63,943 nucleotides of DNA, filler included, from an uncultured Methanosarcinales archaeon (GCA_964645415.1; 8 parts of 8 records of this genome joined end to end with filler, not necessarily neighbours in it); one strand, 5' to 3'. Positions 10,385 to 19,999 are shown, numbered from the whole stretch's first letter. Translations and numbers: made by a program. The notes: a model not told the origin generated them from the letters alone.

Positions 10385-10975
10385 TTATGGATACATAAAG
10401 ACTTTTTCATTAGTCATAATCTGTGGAGTTACTGTATCTAAATCAGTAGGATTTCCAACTTTTAAAACTAATCTAACATTAACTTCTTCATCTTCACCAA
10501 TTTCTCTTGGAGTATTAAAACAAACTCTTGCTACATCTCCTCTCTCCAAATAACCTTCATTTTCTCCACCAATTAAATACTCTACAAAATATCCATCACT
10601 ATCTTCTATTACAGTAGAATTACATACATCAACTGTCTCTTCATAAGACATAGATTTAGATTCATCATCTAGATTATTTGTGACTAATGTCTCTTCAAAT
10701 TGAATTTGATCAGAACCAGGAGCTAATTTAACATCCAAATAAAGTTCATCAATAAGACCATCATTACCATCTTCACCATATAAAGAAAGTGGTAAAACAC
10801 GTGTACTTACTTGTGTTCGAGAACGAGAACCAGTAAGTAAAGCTCGATTCTGTAAACTAGATGCAGTTGTTACTAAAACACCTGCAGCAATTGCAGCAAC
10901 TAAAATCATTGCTATAAAAATAATTAGAGTACCAATACCCATGTCAGCTTTTTTATTTTCTTGAAAAAATACCAT
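10385..10975 (-). CDS. arlB: Archaellin
   Basis: Class III signal peptide plus [30 protein letters not shown] motif; GAGGTGA SD. Confidence 0.95.
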   Translation of the reverse strand: MVFFQENKKADMGIGTLIIFIAMILVAAIAAGVLVTTASSLQNRALLTGSRSRTQVSTRVLPLSLYGEDGNDGLIDELYLDVKLAPGSDQIQFEETLVTNNLDDESKSMSYEETVDVCNSTVIEDSDGYFVEYLIGGENEGYLERGDVARVCFNTPREIGEDEEVNVRLVLKVGNPTDLDTVTPQIMTNEKVFMYP

Positions 10976-11091
10976 TAATTAATTCACCTCATTATTATAA
11001 TAGTATATATATTTGTATATTATTTATAAATGTTTCTATAAATATGTAAAAAAAAGAAATAGAAAAGAAAAAAAAGAAAAAATTAAAGTGT

Positions 11092-11682
11092 TTATGGATA
11101 CATAAAGACTTTTTCATTAGTCATAATCTGTGGAGTTACTGTATCTAAATCAGTAGGATTTCCAACTTTTAAAACTAATCTAACATTAACTTCTTCATCT
11201 TCACCAATTTCTCTTGGAGTATTAAAACAAACTCTTGCTACATCTCCTCTCTCCAAATAACCTTCATTTTCTCCACCAATTAAATACTCTACAAAATATC
11301 CATCACTATCTTCTATTACAGTAGAATTACATACATCAACTGTCTCTTCATAAGACATAGATTTAGATTCATCATCTAGATTATTTGTGACTAATGTCTC
11401 TTCAAATTGAATTTGATCAGAACCAGGAGCTAATTTAACATCCAAATAAAGTTCATCAATAAGACCATCATTACCATCTTCACCATATAAAGAAAGTGGT
11501 AAAACACGTGTACTTACTTGTGTTCGAGAACGAGAACCAGTAAGTAAAGCTCGATTCTGTAAACTAGATGCAGTTGTTACTAAAACACCTGCAGCAATTG
11601 CAGCAACTAAAATCATTGCTATAAAAATAATTAGAGTACCAATACCCATGTCAGCTTTTTTATTTTCTTGAAAAAATATCAT
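11092..11682 (-). CDS. arlB: Archaellin (near-identical to the 10385-10975 copy)
   Basis: Same protein except residue 2; ATG 11682 follows an AAGGTGA SD. Confidence 0.95.
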   Translation of the reverse strand: MIFFQENKKADMGIGTLIIFIAMILVAAIAAGVLVTTASSLQNRALLTGSRSRTQVSTRVLPLSLYGEDGNDGLIDELYLDVKLAPGSDQIQFEETLVTNNLDDESKSMSYEETVDVCNSTVIEDSDGYFVEYLIGGENEGYLERGDVARVCFNTPREIGEDEEVNVRLVLKVGNPTDLDTVTPQIMTNEKVFMYP

Positions 11683-11822
11683 TATTATCACCTTTTAAGT
11701 AAATTAGTATATAATTCAATATATTGATATATAAATATTTCTCAAAAATCATGGAAATATTGCAAAAAATAAAAAACAAAATATATTAAGAAGTATTTTT
11801 TGATACTAATAAGGTGTAACAT

Positions 11823-13559
11823 ATGACTGAAAATCAAAAAGATCTTAAAAAAATAAGCAAAAAACTTATTGAAGAAAATGAAAAAATTAAAGCATCATTT
11901 TTATTAGAAAAAGAAGAAAATAAAGAAGATTTTGAATTAAGTGAAGAAAAAGAAAATGTTGGATTTATCATTGATGATTTAAAACTTTTTGAAATGAAAA
12001 AAGATAGAAAAACAGAAAAGAAAGATTTTGAAAAAGAGAAAAAAGAAGTTATTGGAACTTTTGATAAATTAAAAGAAGAAGAAAAAGAAATTAATCCTAT
12101 TCCTATTCCATTATCAAAAGTTTGGGAAGATTGTTATGATGGAAAATATGAATTAGTAAAAGTAATAACTGAAAGTGAAATTATTTATGATAAAGGTATA
12201 ATCTCATCTCTTAAAGTTGTTCAACAGCACAAAAATAAGGTAATTAATAAGTTTAAAAGATATGTTGTATCTTATGTATTAGCAGGTTCACTTGTTAGAG
12301 GTGAAGCAACTAAAGATTCTGATGTTGATGTTTTTGTAGTAGTAGATGATACTGATGTAAAAAGAATGTCAAGAACAGAGTTAAAAGAAAAGTTAAGAGC
12401 GATCATAATCAAAATGGGTTATGAGACAACAAAAGAGCTTAATGTTGAAAATAACTTAAATATTCAAGTTTACATATTAACAGATTTCTGGGAGTCATTA
12501 AAAGATGCTAATCCAGTTATTTATACATTTATTAGAGATGGAGTCCCATTATACGATAAAGGTACATTTATGCCTTGGAAGAAACTCCTTAAAAAAGGAA
12601 TGATACAACCATCAATTGAAGCAATTAATAAGATGTTTGTATCAGGTGAAAAGATTATGGGTAAAGTAGAAGATAAAATAAAAGATATTGTTATTGAAGA
12701 TTTATTTTATGCAATGCTTACTCCAAGTCAATCAGCATTAATGTTATATGGACTTCCACCAAGTGTTCCAAAAGAAACTCCTAAATTAATGAGAAAAGTT
12801 TTTACTAAAGAAGATGACTTATTAGAAGAGAAATATGTTAAGATGTTAGAAAAAATAGTAAAAATAAGAAAAGACATAGAACATGGTAAAAAAGATGAAA
12901 TTACTGGAAAAGAACTAGATAAATTAAAAAAAGACTCTAAAGATTATTTAGAAAGACTAAATGAACTTGTTGATGAAATTGAAGTAAAAAGAGAAAAAGA
13001 ACAAATCACAGAAATTTATGATGAATCAATTCATCAAATTAGAAGTTTATTAAAAGAATATGATGTAGAAAATATCAATGAGGATAAGATAATTGATACA
13101 GTAAAAGAAAGATTAATTAAAAATGGAAAAGCAGCAAATTCTTTACAAAGAGATTTAAAAAAGATCATAAAAGGTTATAAAGATTTTAAATCAGATAACT
13201 TAAAAAAATCTCAATTAAAAGAGATAAAGAAATCTCATAGAAATTTTGAAAGAGAAATTGAAAGGATTAGAGATACAGAAAGAATTGCTAAAGAGCAAGG
13301 AAGAATTAGAATCTTTTTAAAAGATGAAGATAAAAAAGGAGAGTTATATATGATTAAAGGAGGAATATTACTTGTTCCTGACATTGAAGAAAGAAATAAA
13401 GTTAAAATTTATAAGAGTAAAAAAGAGAAATGGGAAGAAAAGGAATTCAAAGAGGATGAAATGGAATATTTCATAATTGAGAACATAAGAGAAGAACCTT
13501 TTGAAATTGAAGAAATTCAAAAAGTTAAAGAAGAGATTGGAGAATTCAAAATCAAATAA
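11823..13559 (+). CDS. Nucleotidyltransferase (MNT-like) domain protein fused to a HEPN-like region
   Basis: GSLVRGEATKDSDVDVFVVVDD Pol-beta NTase motif; downstream DLFYAM and RKDIEH (Rx4H). Confidence 0.75.
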   Translation: MTENQKDLKKISKKLIEENEKIKASFLLEKEENKEDFELSEEKENVGFIIDDLKLFEMKKDRKTEKKDFEKEKKEVIGTFDKLKEEEKEINPIPIPLSKVWEDCYDGKYELVKVITESEIIYDKGIISSLKVVQQHKNKVINKFKRYVVSYVLAGSLVRGEATKDSDVDVFVVVDDTDVKRMSRTELKEKLRAIIIKMGYETTKELNVENNLNIQVYILTDFWESLKDANPVIYTFIRDGVPLYDKGTFMPWKKLLKKGMIQPSIEAINKMFVSGEKIMGKVEDKIKDIVIEDLFYAMLTPSQSALMLYGLPPSVPKETPKLMRKVFTKEDDLLEEKYVKMLEKIVKIRKDIEHGKKDEITGKELDKLKKDSKDYLERLNELVDEIEVKREKEQITEIYDESIHQIRSLLKEYDVENINEDKIIDTVKERLIKNGKAANSLQRDLKKIIKGYKDFKSDNLKKSQLKEIKKSHRNFEREIERIRDTERIAKEQGRIRIFLKDEDKKGELYMIKGGILLVPDIEERNKVKIYKSKKEKWEEKEFKEDEMEYFIIENIREEPFEIEEIQKVKEEIGEFKIK

Positions 13560-13639
13560 TCTCTTTTTCTTTTTTATTTTTTTAATCTAGACTTACAATA
13601 ATTCTAAATATGCATTTTTAATAAAGTATCAAAATTATG

Positions 13640-13925
13640 TTAAATAAATCATCTACGTTTAATCTTCTTCGAAAATTTAATTCGTTTCTTTTCTAAAGAG
13701 ATTGTAGGGCAAAATCATCTAAAGAAAAAAAGAAGTTTATAAAAAAAGAAGCAAAAAGAAATAGAATTTAATAGAATCTAAAGTGCTATACGAAGTATAG
13801 TACCATCCTTGCCAACTTACTAAACTAAAGTTTAGAACTGTTAAATTAGAAATTTAAAAGTGTGATAAAAGCTGTGATAAAGATTGAGAGAAAATCATCT
13901 AAAGAAAAAAAGAAGATTATAAAAA
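13640..13925 (+). repeat. Most complete copy of the mosaic repeat (core hairpin 13783-13803)
   Basis: GTAGGGCAAAATCATCTAAAG, GTGCTATAC-GAA-GTATAGTAC, 42-bp module 13821-13862, TGATAAA module, second AAATCATCTAAAG. Confidence 0.88.
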
Positions 13926-14025
13926 AACAATGACATATAAAATATGCAATGATTTAGTATCAGATTTGTAAATAATTCAATAATTTAATTAATAAAAATA
14001 TTAAGTAGATTTAATTTAAATTTAC

Positions 14026-14478
14026 ATGGCAAGATATAAAATTAGTTCTAAAAGAGAGTTAAAGAATCCAACAAAAAATCAAAAAAGAGGAAAAAGACTT
14101 GAAGATATTATTGAGTCATTATTAAAAAGAACTAAATTTAGAGTAAAAAGGAATAGAATCCTTAAATATAAAAAAACTTACTCTGAAATTGATTTTATTT
14201 ATGGATTAATTAGAAAAAAATATGTTGAATGTAAGGAATATAAAAACAGAAGTGTTCCATTAAGAGATATAAGTAAATTTTATGGTGTTTTATCAATGAT
14301 GGGAATAAAAGGGAAAAAAGGAGAATTTTATACAAATTCAAAGTATACAAAAAGAGCAAAATATTTTGCAGAAGAACATAAATTAAAAATATACAATGGA
14401 AGAGACTTAGAGAAGTTATTAAAAAAGAAAAAATTAAAAAAAGAAATAAAAAAATTAAAGAAGTTAGGTTTACCTTAA
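14026..14478 (+). CDS. Mrr-like restriction endonuclease (PD-(D/E)xK)
   Basis: GKRLE...EIDF...YVECK...TNSKYT..A pattern of the Mrr catalytic domain. Confidence 0.8.
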   Translation: MARYKISSKRELKNPTKNQKRGKRLEDIIESLLKRTKFRVKRNRILKYKKTYSEIDFIYGLIRKKYVECKEYKNRSVPLRDISKFYGVLSMMGIKGKKGEFYTNSKYTKRAKYFAEEHKLKIYNGRDLEKLLKKKKLKKEIKKLKKLGLP

Positions 14479-14673
14479 AGCAAGATCAATATCTTCTGGC
14501 ATTACTGTACTTCTATCGTAATGTGAAGTATATCTAATTGCATCTTTTGCAACATCTCTTGCTAGAGCTTCAATGTGGTCTCTAAGTTCTTCTTTAGCTC
14601 CTTTAGAAACTCTTTCAGCACCTGCTTCTCTTAAAATTCTTTCAAAAATAGCTCTTGGAAAATCATGTTTCAT
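14470..14673 (-). CDS. Archaeal histone (HMf-fold)
   Basis: FPRAIFERILREAGAERVS...RSTVMPEDIDLA; ATG 14673 after a GAGGAGGTGA SD. Confidence 0.92.
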   Translation of the reverse strand: MKHDFPRAIFERILREAGAERVSKGAKEELRDHIEALARDVAKDAIRYTSHYDRSTVMPEDIDLALR

Positions 14674-14678
14674 AAAAA

Positions 14679-14891
14679 TCACCTCCTCACAGCTAATTTT
14701 ACATCATCAGCTTTAACAGTTTTTCTGTCTCCATATCTTGCTATATCAACAGCTTTTTCTGCATATTCTAATGCAATGTCATATAATGCATCAGAAAAAG
14801 TTTTTGCTGCATCAGAACTAACTCTCTTTGCACCCGCATTTTTTAAAACACGAGATACTTGTGCCAAGGGGAACTCATTTTTTCTTGCCAT
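14679..14891 (-). CDS. Archaeal histone (HMf-fold)
   Basis: FPLAQVSRVLKNAGAKRVS...RKTVKADDVKLA. Confidence 0.95.
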   Translation of the reverse strand: MARKNEFPLAQVSRVLKNAGAKRVSSDAAKTFSDALYDIALEYAEKAVDIARYGDRKTVKADDVKLAVRR

Positions 14892-15178
14892 ATAATATCA
14901 CCCATTACCTATACCTAAATAATCATTTAAATTTTTTTCGATAAAAAAAGAGTAAGTAAAAGACTACAATAAAAAACAAAGATAAATAAAAGATAATATA
15001 TTAACTAAAAGGAATAAGAGTATTAAATTTAAATTAAATAGAAATAATATAAAATTCATTAAAAAAAGAGACAAATAATAAAGAGATAAGTTATAAGTAA
15101 TTCAAATTAAAAAATAGAATTAAATTGAAGGTAATAAAATATCGAAATAAATATAATTTATCTTTTTTTATAGGTTTC

Positions 15179-16144
15179 ATGAAGTCAAAATATTTTAGTA
15201 AATTAAAAGAAAAAAAAGTAAAATGTGAATTATGTCCTCATATATGTATAATAAATGATCAAAAGTTGGGATTATGTAAAAATAGGAAAAATGAGGATGG
15301 TACTCTTAAGTCAAAAAGTTATGGTTACTTGTCTTCAATATCAATAGATCCAATAGAAAAAAAACCTCTCTTTCATTTTTATCCAAAATCAGAAACTCTT
15401 TCAATTGGTGGATATGGTTGTAATTTATTATGTGATTTTTGTCAAAACTGGCAAATATCAACATCAGAAGTAAAAAAAGATAATTTCTATAAACCAAAAG
15501 AAATTATAAATTTAGCAAAAAGTAAAAATACAAATATAATATCATATACATACAATGAACCTTTAATTAATTACGAATATGTTTATAAAACATCTAAAGC
15601 AGCAAAGAAAAATGATTTGAAAAATGTTATTGTTTCTAACGGTTTTATTAATAAAGAACCAATAAAAGAAATATCAAAATATATTGATGCAGCAAATATA
15701 GATTTAAAAGGAGATAATAATTTCTATAAAAATATTACTGGAGGATTAATAAAACCAGTAAAAGATACTATTAAGATACTAAAAAAGAATGATACTTGGA
15801 TAGAAATAACATTTTTACTAATAGAAGGATTAAATGATAATATAAAATTCTTAGCTGAATTAAGAGACTTTATAGAAGAAATTGGAGATGAAACACCTTT
15901 ACATATTACAAGATATTTTCCAAGATATAAGTTAAAAAATGATAAAACAACAGTTAATAGAATGTTAGAAGTAAAAAAGTATTTTGAAGAAAAATTGAAG
16001 TATGTTTATTTAGGTAATGTTAATTTAAAAAAATCACAGGATACATATTGTCCTAAGTGTAAAGAAATTGTTATAAAACGAGGTTATTACCAAACAGAAA
16101 TAATTAATAATAATTGTATTTCAGAAATAGATGGTTTTTTTTGA
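15179..16144 (+). CDS. amrS: AmmeMemoRadiSam-system radical SAM enzyme
   Basis: CELCPHIC, IDPIEKKPLFHFYP, CNLLCDFCQN, YTYNEP; ATG 15179 preferred over TTG 15125. Confidence 0.9.
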   Translation: MKSKYFSKLKEKKVKCELCPHICIINDQKLGLCKNRKNEDGTLKSKSYGYLSSISIDPIEKKPLFHFYPKSETLSIGGYGCNLLCDFCQNWQISTSEVKKDNFYKPKEIINLAKSKNTNIISYTYNEPLINYEYVYKTSKAAKKNDLKNVIVSNGFINKEPIKEISKYIDAANIDLKGDNNFYKNITGGLIKPVKDTIKILKKNDTWIEITFLLIEGLNDNIKFLAELRDFIEEIGDETPLHITRYFPRYKLKNDKTTVNRMLEVKKYFEEKLKYVYLGNVNLKKSQDTYCPKCKEIVIKRGYYQTEIINNNCISEIDGFF

Positions 16145-16200
16145 AATAATTTCATTATTTAATAAAAAATACATTTTAATAAAAATTAATTTCTCTTTAT

Positions 16201-18291
16201 ATGACAAATAAACAAAAATGGATTTTTATTTTATTTATTATAATTAATTTCTTTATTTTATTAGAAACTATTTATCAGATAGATTTATACTTAATAGAAG
16301 AAATAAATTTTGATCCAGAAGGACCAGATTACAAATACGAAAACTTTTCTTTAAGTAGAGTTAGTACTCAAATCTATAATAATTCAAAACAAAAAAAAGA
16401 CTTTATTAATTTAACAATTATCAATGATAATTCAAAAATAAAAAATGAAATAGAAAAAAAAGAAAGAGTTTGGTTTAAAAGACAAAATGGAACATATCTA
16501 TTTAACTGGTTTTTAGTTGATTCAGGAGATAAACTTAAATTAAATTATAAAGAAATAATATATAAAAATAATAGATCTTACTTTTTAAAAGTAAATCAAA
16601 GTTATGAATATTTTGAGAGTGCAAGTAAATATGTTTACATTGATTATAAAAAAAATATTACTTTTAATAAACATAATACTACTATTATCAATAATAGTGA
16701 TTTCATAAATAAAATAGATATAGAATTAGTAGAAATATTAGAAAATAAAACAGTTAATGAGAGTGATGATAAAAAAAACAAAAGTAATAAAGAAAAAAAC
16801 ATAAGTAATTGCATTAAGCTAGATTGGAACACTAATAAAATAAAGTACTCAGTAGCAGGAATTTACTTAGAAAATAAATGTAATCAAAATATAGAAGAAA
16901 AAATTAAAATTAATACTAAAAACGAGTTTACCAATAATACGAAACTACTAAATATTTCTTTAAATAAATCTGAAAGAAAATATTACCGAATAAAAAACAT
17001 ATACCGGCCAATCATTGTAAATATAAATATAATAAATAAAACATATGACAAGATTTATTTTCCTCAAGATAAAGAAAAAGAAAGAGAGATAAAAATAATT
17101 GAAAACTGGGAAAACTCAATATATAATATAGAAATAATTACAGAAAACAATAAAGAAAGAGAAATAAATTATAGAAGTTGGATAAAATGTGATAATCAAA
17201 GAGTAAGTAACTATAATGATTTTTCATGTTCTATATGTACTTTTGAAACAACTATAAAACCATATAATTACTTTTATGAAAATAGTTATAAGAATTGCTC
17301 AATTTTAATAAAAAATAGAGAAAAAGATGAGGTTATAAAAAATAAGACTTTAAAAGAGTTTGAAAAGTCAAAAGATGAAAAAGAAGATCTAAATAAAAAC
17401 ATTAAAATTGAAGAAAAATGGATTCAAAATAACTATTATTATGTTAACTTTGATTTTGAATTAAATAATAATAATAATCAAGAATTAGAATTAAGAGCTT
17501 GGATAAAATGTGATGACCAAAAATTAAGCAATTACTTTGATTTTTCATGTACTAAATGTGAATTTAAAGGAGTAATTTTTCCGTATTATAGATTTTATAA
17601 TGAAGATTATAAATCATGTAAATTCATTATAGAAGAGGATGATGAAAAAATAAAAAAGAATAAATTAGAAAATACAGAAAAAGAAAGTAAAATGAAAGAA
17701 AATCATTATGAAATCGATTTTAATGAAGAATGGATTGAACAAAATTACAAACTACAAATAAATTTCGATTTAGAATTTAATACAAGAAAAGATGTAAGGG
17801 CTTATATTGAATGTCAAAATGAAAAATTGAGTAACTATTATGATTTTTCATGTACCAAATGTGAATTTAACACAAATATAGAACCATACATTAGATTTTA
17901 TGATAATAATTTTGAATCATGTAATTTAATAATTTTAAAAGAAGGAAAAGAAATTAAAAGAATGATATTAACTGAAACAAATTTAAAATTATCTAAAAAT
18001 AAGATTGAATTAAAAAATAAAACAATTAGTAAAAGTAATGATGAAAAAAATGAAAATAATATAAATAATGAAAATAAAAAAAAGAAAAATAAAAGTAATT
18101 TAACTAATGAAAATATTTACATTATTGAAAGAGAACTAGAAATGAATAATAGTAATAACATAGATAATAATAATAATAATGAAAATTATATTACTAGTAT
18201 AAATAATAAAGATAAGAAATATAAAAATAATTCAAGAATGTTAAATCAAGTATTATCAAATATTAATTATTTCTTCTTCTTTTTGAAATAA
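16201..18291 (+). CDS. Exported/membrane-anchored protein with three Cys-containing internal repeats
   Basis: N-terminal hydrophobic segment; 3x R[SA][WY]I[KE]C..[QE][RK][VL]SNY.DFSC..C.F...I.PY..FY......C. Confidence 0.8.
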   Translation: MTNKQKWIFILFIIINFFILLETIYQIDLYLIEEINFDPEGPDYKYENFSLSRVSTQIYNNSKQKKDFINLTIINDNSKIKNEIEKKERVWFKRQNGTYLFNWFLVDSGDKLKLNYKEIIYKNNRSYFLKVNQSYEYFESASKYVYIDYKKNITFNKHNTTIINNSDFINKIDIELVEILENKTVNESDDKKNKSNKEKNISNCIKLDWNTNKIKYSVAGIYLENKCNQNIEEKIKINTKNEFTNNTKLLNISLNKSERKYYRIKNIYRPIIVNINIINKTYDKIYFPQDKEKEREIKIIENWENSIYNIEIITENNKEREINYRSWIKCDNQRVSNYNDFSCSICTFETTIKPYNYFYENSYKNCSILIKNREKDEVIKNKTLKEFEKSKDEKEDLNKNIKIEEKWIQNNYYYVNFDFELNNNNNQELELRAWIKCDDQKLSNYFDFSCTKCEFKGVIFPYYRFYNEDYKSCKFIIEEDDEKIKKNKLENTEKESKMKENHYEIDFNEEWIEQNYKLQINFDLEFNTRKDVRAYIECQNEKLSNYYDFSCTKCEFNTNIEPYIRFYDNNFESCNLIILKEGKEIKRMILTETNLKLSKNKIELKNKTISKSNDEKNENNINNENKKKKNKSNLTNENIYIIERELEMNNSNNIDNNNNNENYITSINNKDKKYKNNSRMLNQVLSNINYFFFFLK

Positions 18292-18847
18292 TTTTTTTTA
18301 GTCTATCATTCTCTTCTTTTAATTTACTATTCTTTCTTTCATAACTAATTAATTTTTCAGAATAGGATTTTATTTCAAAATCTTGTGATTTGATTTTTGA
18401 GGAAATTTTTCTTATTTCTGAAAAATCCTTTTTTAAATTTTTTAATTCCTTTTTAAAATCATTTATCTCTTTTATAGTAGAATTTATTTCATCTTTGTTT
18501 TTATTTAACTCTTCTCTTATTTTCTCAAAATTTTTTCTATTCTCTTTTTTTATCTCATCAGATAATTTTTTAAGTTCATTATTTATTCCAGAACGTAAAG
18601 AAATGAAAATATTTTCTATTTTATTTTTTATTTGATTAAAATCATTTTCAAATTCAGATTTAAATTCATTTAAAGTCTCTTTAATTATATCATTTTCAAT
18701 TCTATTAACTAAATTATCAATATAATTATTTAAACGGGAAATTTCTTTGTTGAAATCATCTGATTTTTCTTCAATAAAATCAAGTTTTTCTAATGATTCA
18801 TTATGTATATCTTCAATTTTATTCCTATGTTTTTTATTGAATATCAT
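18263..18847 (-). CDS. Coiled-coil hypothetical protein
   Basis: 194-aa ORF with a heptad-like E/K-rich pattern. Confidence 0.7.
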   Translation of the reverse strand: MIFNKKHRNKIEDIHNESLEKLDFIEEKSDDFNKEISRLNNYIDNLVNRIENDIIKETLNEFKSEFENDFNQIKNKIENIFISLRSGINNELKKLSDEIKKENRKNFEKIREELNKNKDEINSTIKEINDFKKELKNLKKDFSEIRKISSKIKSQDFEIKSYSEKLISYERKNSKLKEENDRLKKIISKRRRNN

Positions 18848-18888
18848 AATAATTAGAAAAAAATACTTAATTAAAAAATTTAAGATTA

Positions 18889-19835
18889 TTAATTAGTTTC
18901 TTTTAAATGTTCTAGATGCATTATTTTTTCTTTTAAAAACTTACTTGAATCTAATCCATGTTCTTTAATCATTGTTGAAAAATATTCTCCTCCTAAGAAA
19001 TGAGGCATTATTACATAAGTAGCTCCTTTTTCATAGAGTTCTACAGCTTCATCAATATGATGTGATACGACAGAAATAATAACATCTTTATTCTGTTTTT
19101 TTGCTTGGTTAATTAAAAGAAGATTCGTATTAACATCAGGAATGGTTGAAATTACCATTTTTGACTTTTCAAAATTAATACTATTAAGTAATTCAATATC
19201 ATTTGCATCTCCATATTTACAATCAATTCCTTCTGTTGCTAATTTTTTTATTACATTTGGATCATAATCAATAACTAAAAATTGCTTTTTAATATTTTTC
19301 AAAGTTTTTAATATATCAAAACCTGTTCTATTGTAACCAAATAAAATGATATCATGTTCATCTCCTTCATGATACTGATGTTCATCAATTTTCTTACCAT
19401 CTTTTTCAAAGATACTCAAATACTTTGAAATCTTAGCATAAATTTTATCAGAATAAGTAATCATATAAGTAGAACCAGCTATAGTTAACACACCAACAAA
19501 AGTTACTAATGATAAAACATCATTTGAAACATGACCTACTCTCATACCCATTGTTATAAAAACTAATGAAAATTCACTAATTTGTGCTACTGTTAATCCA
19601 CATTTAAAACCAGTTCTTTTCGTATAACCAAAAATTCCCATTAAAATCATTACTATTAAAGGGTTTCCAATTAGGATAAAAATTGAAAAAATAATTACTG
19701 GTAAAATAAAATTTGAAATATTTGCAAATTCCATACTTGAACCAAGCATTATAAAAAATAATACTAAAAAGAAATCTCGTAATGGTTTCATTTTAGATGC
19801 AATCTCATGGTGATATGGAATTACACTTAAAGACA
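18889..19835 (-). CDS. Kef-type cation:proton antiporter with TrkA-N domain, 5' truncated by gap
   Basis: PLRDFFLVLFF, AQISEFS, ILFGYNRTG, YGDA; frame stays open to the gap. Confidence 0.92.
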
Positions 19836-19935
19836 NNNNNNNNNNNNNNNNNNNNNNNNNNNNNNNNNNNNNNNNNNNNTTAATTAATTAANNNNNNNNN
19901 NNNNNNNNNNNNNNNNNNNNNNNNNNNNNNNNNNN

Positions 19936-19989
19936 TATAGCATCTGGCTCTTAACCAGAGGATTGCGGGTTCAAATCCCGTCAAGCCCA
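19936..19989 (+). tRNA. tRNA-Lys(CTT), 5' truncated by gap
   Basis: Anticodon arm TCTGG-CTCTTAA-CCAGA, T arm GCGGG-TTCAAAT-CCCGT, acceptor 3' strand CAAGCCCA. Confidence 0.88.
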
Positions 19990-19999
19990 TAATTTTAAT

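Noticed and set aside
14665..14895. Short antisense or alternate-frame ORFs (also 3617, 8651, 15306, 16644, 18390, 25246, 30627, 34831, 39178, 40480, 40916, 43687, 44610, 45830, 46330, 48259, 49568, 52972, 54944, 61569, 62009, 63029)
   Set aside because: Shadows of well-supported genes with no motifs of their own.
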